Assembly: GCA_030038655.1 (NCBI GenBank)
Contig: JASHSP010000113.1
Location: 5,420 to 69,419, forward strand
Direction: 5' to 3'
DNA from: Thermoplasmata archaeon
GTDB taxonomy: Archaea; Thermoplasmatota; Thermoplasmata; Lutacidiplasmatales; UBA184
DNA: 64,000 bases
Numbering within the stretch: the first letter of the stretch is position 1; each line of letters begins with the position of its first letter. Of this stretch, positions 26,581 through 35,327 are shown one piece after another. Made by a program: the position numbers and the translations under genes. The notes beneath the pieces were generated by a model. The model ran no database searches and was not told where the DNA came from. It saw only the letters and a program-made list of their open reading frames with translations.

Positions 26581-29273
26581 CTACAGATTCCCGGGCTTGC
26601 GGCCCCCGCGCAGGGCTCCGGCGAGGAGGCCCAGCGTCAGTATCGAGATCGCGCCGACTCCCGCCAGTCCGAGCGTCGGTGAGGCATCGAGGGTGCGCGC
26701 CGGCCCCGCGCCCGACGCCCCGCCGCCCACGGCCGAAGCGGGTGCCGACCCCTTCGCGGTGAACGTCACGGCCACGGACTCACCCGCGCCCACGATCTTC
26801 GCCGGACGGGGCGAACCGGCGCTCTTGTATCCGGTCTCGGCCCCGATCGTGTAGGCGTAGGTCCCGTTCGGTTCGTTGAACACGATCGTGGTCGAGGTCG
26901 ACGACTCCTTCGCGCCCCGGACCGTCACGGACCACGACGTGCTCGCGGGAAGCCCCCGTTCCGTGAAGGTGAGCGAGTAGTAGTACACATACTTCAACGA
27001 GACCGAGATCCCCTTCGACGCAAGGCCGAAGGTCCCGGAGAGCGGGATCGCGGCACCCGCCACCTTCGCGGTGATCGTCTGCCCGGCGAGCAGGCGGACC
27101 GAGTACGCGTAGGAGCCGGGCGTCAGGTTGAGATAGCTCAGTCCTGCCGTGGTCGAGCACTGTCCGTCCCCGCCCAGGGTCACGCACCACGACTGGCCCT
27201 TGGGTAGCCCCGACTCGCCAAAGTGGATGGTGTACGTGGGGCCCTTGACGAACGTGAACGAGACCGTCTTCGACGACCCGCTGATCACGATCGTTCCGCT
27301 CGGAGCCGTGCCCGAGACCTGGTGGCCGGCGGGGCCCGCGATGAGGTAGACGTACGACCCGTTGGAGACCCCGAAGCTCGTGGACGAGGAAGTGAGCGAC
27401 CGGACCGTGCCGTTCAGGACGACCGTCCAGGATTTGCCCGTGGGCAGACCGGTCTCGGTGAACGTTATCGACTGGGTCACCGGGCCGAACGTGACGGACT
27501 TGGCCGTGCCTGCCCCGTCGATGGTGAACGATCCCGGGGGAGCGTCGAACTTCTTCGCCGTGGTCCCGATCGAGTAGAAGTACGTCCCGTTGGGTTCGAC
27601 GAACGCGATCGCCGTCGTCAACGAGGAGAACGACTGGCCGTTCGTGAGGTTGACCCACCACGTCGCTCCGACGGGCATGCCGGTCTCGGTGAACAACACC
27701 GCGTACGTCACGAGCGTGAACGTCACGCTCTCGGAAACCGTAGCGCCGTTCACCGTGAACGAGCCTCCGGGAGCCTCGAAACTGGTGTTCGCGGACCCGA
27801 TCGAGTAATCGTACGTCCCGTTCGGTTCGTAGAAGACGATCGAGGCGCTGGTCGAGCTGAACGACCCGCCCCCCGTCAGGTTGACGAACCACTCGGTTCC
27901 GAGGGGCAATCCGGATTCCGTGAACGAGATCGAATAGACCACGAGGCCAAACGGAACGGCCACGACGATCGGCTCGCCGTTGATCCCGAACGACGAGGGC
28001 GTCGCTTCGTAGCTCTTGTTGGCGGTTTGGACGACGTACGAGAAGGTTCCGTTTGGAGAGACCGTTGCGATCGAGGTGCCGGTCGAGGTCAGGGGCGCCT
28101 CCCCCGAGATGTTGACCCACCACTGAGTCCCTGCCGGAAGGCCGGTCTCGTTGAACGTCACCGCGTACGTCACGAGGGAGAAGGGGATCGGCACCGACAT
28201 CGACGACCCGTCCACGACGAACTCGCCCGGCGCCGCCTCCCAGCTCTTGTTCTCCGAGCCGATCACGTACGGGTAGGTCCCGTTCGGCAGCGAGGTCGTG
28301 ATCGTGGTCCCGGTCGATCCGAACGGAGGCTCGTTCGTGATGTTCAGCCACCACTGGGAGCCGGCCGGAAGGCCGGTCTCCGTGATCTCGATGGTGTAGG
28401 TCACCAGCGAATACGAGACGGTCTTGGAAACGCCGGCGCCGTGGATCGAGAACGAGCCGCCCGTCGCCGCGTACTCCTTGTCGACAGTTGCCACCGTGTA
28501 GGTGTAGCTGCCGTTCGTTAGCATCTCGGAGATGGTCGTCGTCGTAGAACTCGCCGGCGGCGCACCGCTCACGTTGACGAACCACTGGGTGCCGGGGGGT
28601 AGGTGCTTCTCGGTGAAGGTTGCCGCGTAGGTCTGGAGAAGGAACACGACGGTCAGGTTGATCGCGGCGCCGTCGACCATGAACGAACCGCCCGGGGCGG
28701 CATACTCCTTGTTGGTCGTCCCGATGGTGTAGGTGTAGCTGCCGTTCGTCAGCTGAGCGGAGGTCACGTTAGCGGTCGTGCCCAGAGACGGGCCGCCGGA
28801 AATGTTGGCCCACCACTCAGTGGAAGCGGGCAGTCCGGATTCGTTGAACGTCACCGCGTAGGTCACTAGTGTAAAGGGGACCGGTATGGTAACGGCCGCG
28901 CCGCTCACCGTGAACGAGCCGCCGGACGCCTCGTACTCGTTGTTGGTCGAGGAGACGTTGTAGTAGTATAGCCCGTTCGGCAGCGCGGTCTGGATCGTGC
29001 TGCCCGACGAGCCGAACGGGGGTTCGTTCGATATGTTGACGAACCACGTGGTGCCGCTGGGAAGATTGCTCTCAACGAACTTGACCGTGTAGATCGGATT
29101 GCCCAGGGGATGCGGCCCGCCGACGGTGGTGGCGGGTGCTCCCGCGCTCGACGTGGTCGGGACGGACGGGGCGCGGCCGGGCGATGTGACCACGTTCCCG
29201 AAACCTCCCGAGACGGCCATCAGGGTCACGATCGCGATCGCCGCTACTGCGAGGCTCACTCTCATCGACATTG
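26581..29273 (-). CDS. Surface glycoprotein built almost entirely of nine tandem ~95-aa Ig-like repeats (YxVTFxESGLPxGTxWxVNxxG), with C-terminal TM anchor
   Basis: Start at the ATG at 29271-29273 (MSMRVSLAVAAIAIVTLMAVSGG signal); the ORF track starts at 29340. Repeats: VKFVESNLPSGTTWFVNIS / VTFNESGLPASTEWWANIS / ATFTEKHLPPGTQWFVNVS / IEITETGLPAGSQWWLNIT / VTFNETGLPAGTQWWVNIS / ISFTESGLPLGTEWFVNLT / VLFTETGMPVGATWWVNLT / ITFTETGLPTGKSWTVVLNG / IHFGESGLPKGQSWCVTLGG / LTFTERGLPASTSWSVTVRG. A Ser/Gly/Ala linker precedes the C-terminal GLAGVGAISILTLGLLAGAL-RGGRK. Confidence 0.75.
26770..29035 (-). repeat. Tandem ~285-bp coding repeats (9-10 copies) within the repeat-only surface protein gene
   Basis: Periodic peptide repeats with conserved LP.GT.W..N and PNGTY.Y.I motifs, kept at both nucleotide and protein level. 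This is the substrate for copy-number variation by slippage or recombination. Confidence 0.65.
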
Positions 29274-30299
29274 CTTGCTCGCTGGGGGAGGCTCTCGCCT
29301 CCGCCACTCTGCGATGGCGGGGTAATTCGACCTTGGCCATATGCCTTTAGGTTACCGACCCGATACCGCGGGAAAACCCGTTGCCGTATCACCCTCGACT
29401 GTCCCGTTGGAACGACCGATCGGTCCCGAAGGCGTCACGCCACGACGGCCGCAGGGCGGAGCTGCGCCGGAGTTGGGGACTCCGCCCCCGGCGGGGGAAG
29501 CGCCCGTGCTGGAACTCGCCTAAATGATTGCGCGGTCGGATTCGATCTATCGATAGTAGCGGTTCCAAACGGAACGAGTGCGAGCCAGATTCCGCCCTCG
29601 GCTGATTGGACATAGCGCGAGTGCAAGCCAAGTTTGACCGATCACCCCGGTCCGTCGGTTTCAAGTCTATCGCTCGGTGATCGTAAGCGAGCCGATCGAT
29701 TTGGGCCGAGCCCACCATTGCGCAGGGGTAGCACCAGTTCGCAGGTCGCTTCCCACTCTGTTTAAGGTGCGAATCAGTCCTGTTCCGATGCCGGCCCGAG
29801 GCTCTTCGAGAGTTCGGGTCGACGGTGAGTTTGCACAATCGCGGATTCCTGACGCCGACCTTGCACGAGACTCCAGTCGACCACCCCGAGCTCGATATCG
29901 GGCGTCATACTCCGGTGGAATTCGCTACTTCTTTCGCCACCGCGGAGACTGATCTTCGACAATCGATGGGCGACTGTCTGGGTCTGGCTTGGCCTTGTTC
30001 TGATCATACTGCCGGTGCCGGCCATCCCCTTTGGCTTGGCGGCTCACTACCCGTACGTCCGTTCGACCCCCGCTACAGTTACGGATCGGGCGACTCTGCT
30101 ACTCGCTTTCGGCACCTTCGCCCTCGCAAACGCGGCACTGATTCAAGCGGTGTCGGCAGAAAGGACGCGGCGATACCAACTGACGCTAGGCTTGGAACTT
30201 CGAGCCGCCGTCTCGGCGGGGCCCGCTCCATCTCACGCTGGCCAGAACCCTGTCGAGCGGGGGAAAGGGGTACGCGAAAGTTGTAAGGGGGATTAAGCC

Positions 30300-33200
30300 G
30301 TGCCTGGGGCGATGCGCGACCGCAACCTCGCGCCCTTGGCCGTTGCGGTCGCTGTGGTCTTCCTCCTTCTTGGTTCGGCGAGCCCCGTCGAGGAGCTGCG
30401 AAGTACCTCCGCGTCCGAGGCGGTCCTCAATGAGGCGAGTGCGGCGGTGGGGTCAACTTCCGAGGTTGCGGGCATGGTTCCTGCAGCCGCGCACGTGGGC
30501 GGCGGTGGATCAACCGGGGCGGCCGAGCGCTCTTTAGCGTCGGGGGTTGCGCAGTCGGGTGGCTTCCCGCACGCCGGGCCCGGGCCGTTCACAGTAACGT
30601 TCGTTGAGGGAGGGTTGCCCAGCGGGACCGACTGGTTCGTCGTACTGAACGGGTCGAACGGGTCGTCGTCCGGAACATCCGTGTCGTTTACGAATGTTAC
30701 GCCGGGCGTCGTCGCCTACGAAGTACTTCCGATACACGGGTACGGGGTCGTCCCTTCCAACGGTACGCTGACGATCGCGGCCAACCTTACTCAAGGGCTG
30801 ACGTTCGTCCCTGTTTCCCCTCACCCCGGCACTCTCGAAGTGTACGAGGACGCCCCCGGCGGGGCCCCCACCGTGGACCCGGCCATTTCCTACCAGACGA
30901 CGGGGCTTGAGCCGATCAGCAACGTGTACGAGACCCTGATCACCTACAACGGCAGCAGTGGAACGGATTTCGTGCCGACGCTCGCTACGTGCGTCCCCGG
31001 CACCGCCCAGTGTGTTACCGACTACCACTCCACCCTGATCCAAGACGGAACAGGGGCCTTCGCGGGCCAGCCCGAGTACTGGACGTTCGTTATCGATCCG
31101 AACGCCCGATTCTACGATCCCTCCACCCATTCGTCCTGGCCCGTGTACCCCTCCGATGTCGTGTTCTCGATCGCTCGGACGTGCGCGTTCGCCGACCTCC
31201 CCGTTGTCTACGACGACCCTGGCTGGATCCAATGCCAGTCCCTGCTATCGCGCGGCAACCCGAACTGGGACAGGTCCGGTGGAAATGGATCAGGAATCCA
31301 TTCCCCGTACAACAACACGCCCTCCAACATCCTCGGATCGATGCTCGTGAACGACAGTCGATACTGTCCGGCTGCCGCCCTCGTGTCCGCTCATGGCTGC
31401 ATCACGTTCCGGGCCGAAAGCAACAACCAGACGTGGCCTTACTTTCTCGAGCTCATCGCCGATCCGCTCGGCGCGAGCATCGTCCCGTGCGGCTGGTTCA
31501 CGTACGAGACCGGGGGAATCCCGGGGTGGACGGGGACATCCGCACCCAAGGGCGACGGATCGTGTCTCCTGCCCGACCGGGGAACGACGACGAACTCCTC
31601 CGCGTGGACCGCGTACCTTTCCGGACTCAGTCCGACCGGCTGGGATTCGTTCGAGAAGCTGGCGTACAACTACCCCGCGGTGCAGCCTCAGGTACAGTGG
31701 GACATGGTGGGGTCCGGTCCGTACTCGGCCAGTATCGATCCGGGGGTCTCGTATCAGCTGACGGCCAGCCCCGCCTACGAACAACCCGCCGCCTGCTCCG
31801 CTTCCAGCGGCGTGGCGGTGTATGGCGGGACGTGCGATCCTCCGCCCGGGAGTTTCCCCGGATCGGTCGAGGTCACGTGGGAGAACAACACCAGCCTGGG
31901 GCTATCCGCGGTGGCGGCGGGCCAGGCCGATTTCGCGGAGTATCAGGTGCCGCAGACTCCGGACGTGGTTTCCCTCGCGAGCGACGGTCTCGCCACGTTG
32001 ACCCGTGTGAACACGATCAGTTCCTTGTTCCTTCCGATGGATCTTAACTGGAGCGACTCTCAATACATGGCGGCCCACCTCCCCGGCACCCCGAACATCC
32101 CTGCGAACTTCTTGTCCGGCTTGGCCGCGAGGCAGCTCCTCGTCCACGCGTACCCCTATACCACGATCGAAAACACGGTCGCGACGGTGGACGGTATTCC
32201 GTACGCGAACGAGGAAGGAGGACCGATTCCGCCGGGGATGTCGGCGTACTACCCGACGAACGTTTCCTTCCCGGCGGGAGATCCCGATTACAATCCGACC
32301 GACGTTGGCGGTGCGGCGTGGTGGTGGTCGGTGGGGACCAATTCGAGCTCCCCCTACTACGATGCGGAGCTCGCCGCGTGCACCGTGGGGAGCCCGTGCC
32401 GCTTCCCCCTCGCTGAGGACATCGGTCAACTGATCGGTGGCGCAGCATACGCGGACTGGATCGACGCAATCGAGAACATCACTTCGGGTGCAGTCCAGCC
32501 CACCGCGATCAATCTGACCTACGCTCAAGTGTTCAACGTGAGCTACGGCCAGCCACCGGGAGAAAACGCGCTGCCGGTGTCGGCGCTGGGATGGGCCCCC
32601 GACTACTTTGATCCGACCGACTACGTAGGCCCCCTTGCAGCCCCGGGGGGACCCTTTGTCTCCTCCGATGCCGTGAGTGAGCAGCTTGCGCTCCCCGCCT
32701 ATGACGACACCAGCGGCTGCCATCATTCCTCCGGAAGCTTCGCTGACCTCGCCTACTGGGCGAAGCAGGGCACCCTCGCGGAGGTGTGCCAGGGGGTCGC
32801 GTATCAGACCGCCGTCGACTGGATGAACACGGCGGAGGTGGACGCCAACGAGTCGTCTCGTGCGGTCGACTACGATCTGGTCGAGAGCATCCTGAACGAG
32901 CTCGCTCTGTACGTATGGCAAGGTCAGCTGAACGACGAAGTGCTCGCCGCGCCCTGGATTGCGGGAGACTCGATCAACGAGAATCCCATGATCGGCGGAA
33001 GTGGTTCCGAGCTGTGGTACGACGTCCAGTACCGGACGTCGGCCCCGGCTCCCGCGACCGTCTCCGTCGGCAGCGGACCGGACGCTGTGGTCTACGACCC
33101 CGCGAACGGCGATGTCTACGCGGCCAACTTCTACTCGGGCACAGTGTCCGTAATCAACGCCACCACGCAGTCGGGGGTCGCGACCGTGGCGGTCGGGGCG

Positions 33201-35033
33201 GGACCCCGGTCGCTCCTGGTCGATCCTTCGAGCGGTTCGGTCTACGTCGCCGACCTGAACTCGAACTCGATCACGGTGATCAACGCGACTACGAATACGC
33301 CCGCGGCGACCGTACCCGTGGGGGACCTCCCGTACGCTCTCGCCCTTGACGGGTCCGGCTCCCATGCGTCCGTTTACGTCGCCAACTACGGATCCTCCAC
33401 CGTAACCCGGATCAACGCGAGCTCGAACGCCGTCCGGTCGACGATCTCGGTAGGAAGCTATCCCGAGGTCCTCGCCGTGGACACGACAAACGCGGACCTC
33501 TTCGTCGCGAATTTCGTTTCCGGCAATGTCAGCATCATCGCCGGTTCTACCGTTACCGCGACGGTCCCCGTCGGGCGATTTCCGGAGGCGATCGGATTCG
33601 ACCCCGCGACGAACGAGGTCTACGTTGCCAACTCGGGGTCCGACAACGTGAGCGTGATCTCGGGGTCGTCACTGACCACGAGCGCGACGGTGACGGTCGG
33701 CGGCGACCCCGGTTCGGTACTCTACGACCCCGTCGGCCAAGAGCTCTACGTGGCGAACTTTGGGTCCGACAGCATCAGCGTCATCAACGGGACGACCCAC
33801 GCGGTCGTCACGACAGTCGAAGTGGACCCGATCGCGATGGCGGTCAACCCCGTGAACGGGGACGTGTACGTCGTCGACTCGGGAAACAACACGCTCTCCA
33901 TCATCTCCGCCTCCACGAACACCGTCTCCAGCACGGTTTCGACGGGCAGCGAGCCGACCGCGTTGGCGGTCGATCCCACGTCCGGATCGGTGTACGTGGC
34001 CAACGAAGATTCGGGGAGCGTGTCGGTCGTGCCCCCGCTCGAATCGATTCGAGTCACCGAGGTCGGGCTGGCGTCCGGGATACCGTGGTGGTTCGCCCTG
34101 ACCGGTCTGTTCTCGCGCTCGACCGACCCGGTCCAGCCGTTCGACGAGCCGTCGGGGACGTACGCGTTCGAAGCGGGGGCGGCCTGCTACGACGCGAGCC
34201 CTAACCACGGCACGGTCCTGGTCGGCGCGACGGGGGCGACGGTGACGATTGACTTTACGCCGGTCAGCTGCTACCCGATCACCCTGCACGAAGCGGGGTT
34301 GCCGAAGGGGAGTTCGTGGTCCGTGGCGAACAACGACTCGACCGTCATCGGGACCGAGAAGCTCGTGCTCTCCGAGCCGGAAGGCCCGTTCAGTTACACG
34401 ATCGTTCCCCCCGTCGGGTACGGCGTCGCGAAGGTGGCGGGTCCGGGCGAGCCGAACCAAACCTCCGGAACCGAGGCGGGCGCACCGGTAACTTGGACCG
34501 TGACGTTCGGTGCGCTCGAGTCCCTCTACTTCAACGAGACCGGCTTGCCGTCCGGCACGCCGTGGGCCATCGAGCTGACTCCTGCGCTCGCTCACGGGGG
34601 CCCCGCCGCTCAGGCCGCGAGCTCGGTCGAACCGTCCGTCGACTTTGTGGCCCCTAAGGGCGCGAGCTTCCGATTCGTCGTAAGCGCGCCATCGATCTAC
34701 CTTCCGGGACACGCCCACGGCATGGTCGGTGTCGCGGGCCACGCGACCACGAAGAAGATCGCGTTCGTGCTGTTGACCTCGAAGATCGTATTCAAGGAGA
34801 GCGGTCTCCCCGAGCGCACGAGCTGGTCGATCACCGTCGTGGGCACCGATGCCGCCGGTGTGAAGTGGAACGAGACGCTGAGCGAGTCCACGCCGACGAT
34901 AACCTTCCGGCTTCCGAGCGGCGCCTACGCCTACACGGTCGCCATGATCACCGACCGAACGCCGTCCTCCGCCGGAGGTACGCTATCGGTGGCGTACCCG
35001 ACGCCGCAGACATTCCTGATCTCGTGGACGTGA
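30300..35033 (+). CDS. Giant secreted glycoprotein: signal peptide, family-5 solute-binding-protein (OppA/DppA-like) domain, YVTN beta-propeller repeats and TGLPxGTxW Ig-like repeats; no C-terminal TM
   Basis: The probable ATG is at 30312 (MRDRNLAPLAVAVAVVFLLLGSASP). An SBP_bac_5-like segment follows (LEVYEDAPGGAPTVDPAISYQTTGLEPISNVYETLITYNGSSGTDFVPTLATCVPGT). YVTN repeats come next (GSGPDAVVYDPANGDVYAANFYSGTVSVINATT..). The C-terminal repeats are VTEVGLASGIPWWFALTG, ITLHEAGLPKGSSWSVANND, YFNETGLPSGTPWAIELTP and VFKESGLPERTSWSITVVG. Confidence 0.7.
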   Translation: MPGAMRDRNLAPLAVAVAVVFLLLGSASPVEELRSTSASEAVLNEASAAVGSTSEVAGMVPAAAHVGGGGSTGAAERSLASGVAQSGGFPHAGPGPFTVTFVEGGLPSGTDWFVVLNGSNGSSSGTSVSFTNVTPGVVAYEVLPIHGYGVVPSNGTLTIAANLTQGLTFVPVSPHPGTLEVYEDAPGGAPTVDPAISYQTTGLEPISNVYETLITYNGSSGTDFVPTLATCVPGTAQCVTDYHSTLIQDGTGAFAGQPEYWTFVIDPNARFYDPSTHSSWPVYPSDVVFSIARTCAFADLPVVYDDPGWIQCQSLLSRGNPNWDRSGGNGSGIHSPYNNTPSNILGSMLVNDSRYCPAAALVSAHGCITFRAESNNQTWPYFLELIADPLGASIVPCGWFTYETGGIPGWTGTSAPKGDGSCLLPDRGTTTNSSAWTAYLSGLSPTGWDSFEKLAYNYPAVQPQVQWDMVGSGPYSASIDPGVSYQLTASPAYEQPAACSASSGVAVYGGTCDPPPGSFPGSVEVTWENNTSLGLSAVAAGQADFAEYQVPQTPDVVSLASDGLATLTRVNTISSLFLPMDLNWSDSQYMAAHLPGTPNIPANFLSGLAARQLLVHAYPYTTIENTVATVDGIPYANEEGGPIPPGMSAYYPTNVSFPAGDPDYNPTDVGGAAWWWSVGTNSSSPYYDAELAACTVGSPCRFPLAEDIGQLIGGAAYADWIDAIENITSGAVQPTAINLTYAQVFNVSYGQPPGENALPVSALGWAPDYFDPTDYVGPLAAPGGPFVSSDAVSEQLALPAYDDTSGCHHSSGSFADLAYWAKQGTLAEVCQGVAYQTAVDWMNTAEVDANESSRAVDYDLVESILNELALYVWQGQLNDEVLAAPWIAGDSINENPMIGGSGSELWYDVQYRTSAPAPATVSVGSGPDAVVYDPANGDVYAANFYSGTVSVINATTQSGVATVAVGAGPRSLLVDPSSGSVYVADLNSNSITVINATTNTPAATVPVGDLPYALALDGSGSHASVYVANYGSSTVTRINASSNAVRSTISVGSYPEVLAVDTTNADLFVANFVSGNVSIIAGSTVTATVPVGRFPEAIGFDPATNEVYVANSGSDNVSVISGSSLTTSATVTVGGDPGSVLYDPVGQELYVANFGSDSISVINGTTHAVVTTVEVDPIAMAVNPVNGDVYVVDSGNNTLSIISASTNTVSSTVSTGSEPTALAVDPTSGSVYVANEDSGSVSVVPPLESIRVTEVGLASGIPWWFALTGLFSRSTDPVQPFDEPSGTYAFEAGAACYDASPNHGTVLVGATGATVTIDFTPVSCYPITLHEAGLPKGSSWSVANNDSTVIGTEKLVLSEPEGPFSYTIVPPVGYGVAKVAGPGEPNQTSGTEAGAPVTWTVTFGALESLYFNETGLPSGTPWAIELTPALAHGGPAAQAASSVEPSVDFVAPKGASFRFVVSAPSIYLPGHAHGMVGVAGHATTKKIAFVLLTSKIVFKESGLPERTSWSITVVGTDAAGVKWNETLSESTPTITFRLPSGAYAYTVAMITDRTPSSAGGTLSVAYPTPQTFLISWT

Positions 35034-35082
35034 AAATCGCGCCGCGGCCCCCGCCCGGTCGGTATCGCACCACGACGCGTCG

Positions 35083-35191
35083 GACGGTGGCCACGCCCGT
35101 GCTGGGATTCGAACCCAGGTCTGAGGCTCCGCAGGCCTCTAGGATAATCCACTGCAGCGATGCGGGGAATTGGCCCCGACACCGTAGCTAC
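35083..35191 (-). tRNA. tRNA-Arg (anticodon GCG) with a ~35-nt non-canonical intron in the D-loop
   Basis: Reverse strand: GCCCGTG-TG-GGGT-AGC[TACGGTGTCGGGGCCAATTCCCCGCATCGCTGCAG]TGGATT-ATCC-TA-GAGGC-CTGCGGA-GCCTC-AGAC-CTGGG-TTCGAAT-CCCAG-CACGGGC-G. The 7-bp acceptor stem, 5-bp anticodon stem with 7-nt loop (U33, G37) and T-arm GGTTCGAATCC are all perfect. A TATAAAA box lies at 35248-35254 on the same strand. Exact intron borders are not resolved by eye. Confidence 0.6.
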
Positions 35192-35285
35192 CCCACACGG
35201 GCATCGACGCTCCTGCGAGCGCTCGTTCGGCGGCGAGATGGGCGCGCTATAAAAGCTCGGGCTCGAGAACGAACTCCCCCGCGCC

Positions 35286-35298
35286 ACACTTTATACCG
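35286..35298 (+). promoter_or_regulatory. TATA box (CTTTATACC) for gatDE
   Basis: An AT island ~32 nt upstream of the gatD GTG at 35328. The tRNA-Arg promoter is divergent in the same intergenic region. Confidence 0.4.
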
Positions 35299-35327
35299 GC
35301 CGGCGCGTCCGCTCCCGAGGCGAGGCC

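Noticed and set aside
7408-35191. tRNA-Arg-flanked 28-kb island as an integrated mobile element
   Set aside because: No integrase, transposase, att-like direct repeat of the tRNA 3' end or phage or plasmid genes were found. It is better explained as a variable cell-envelope island.
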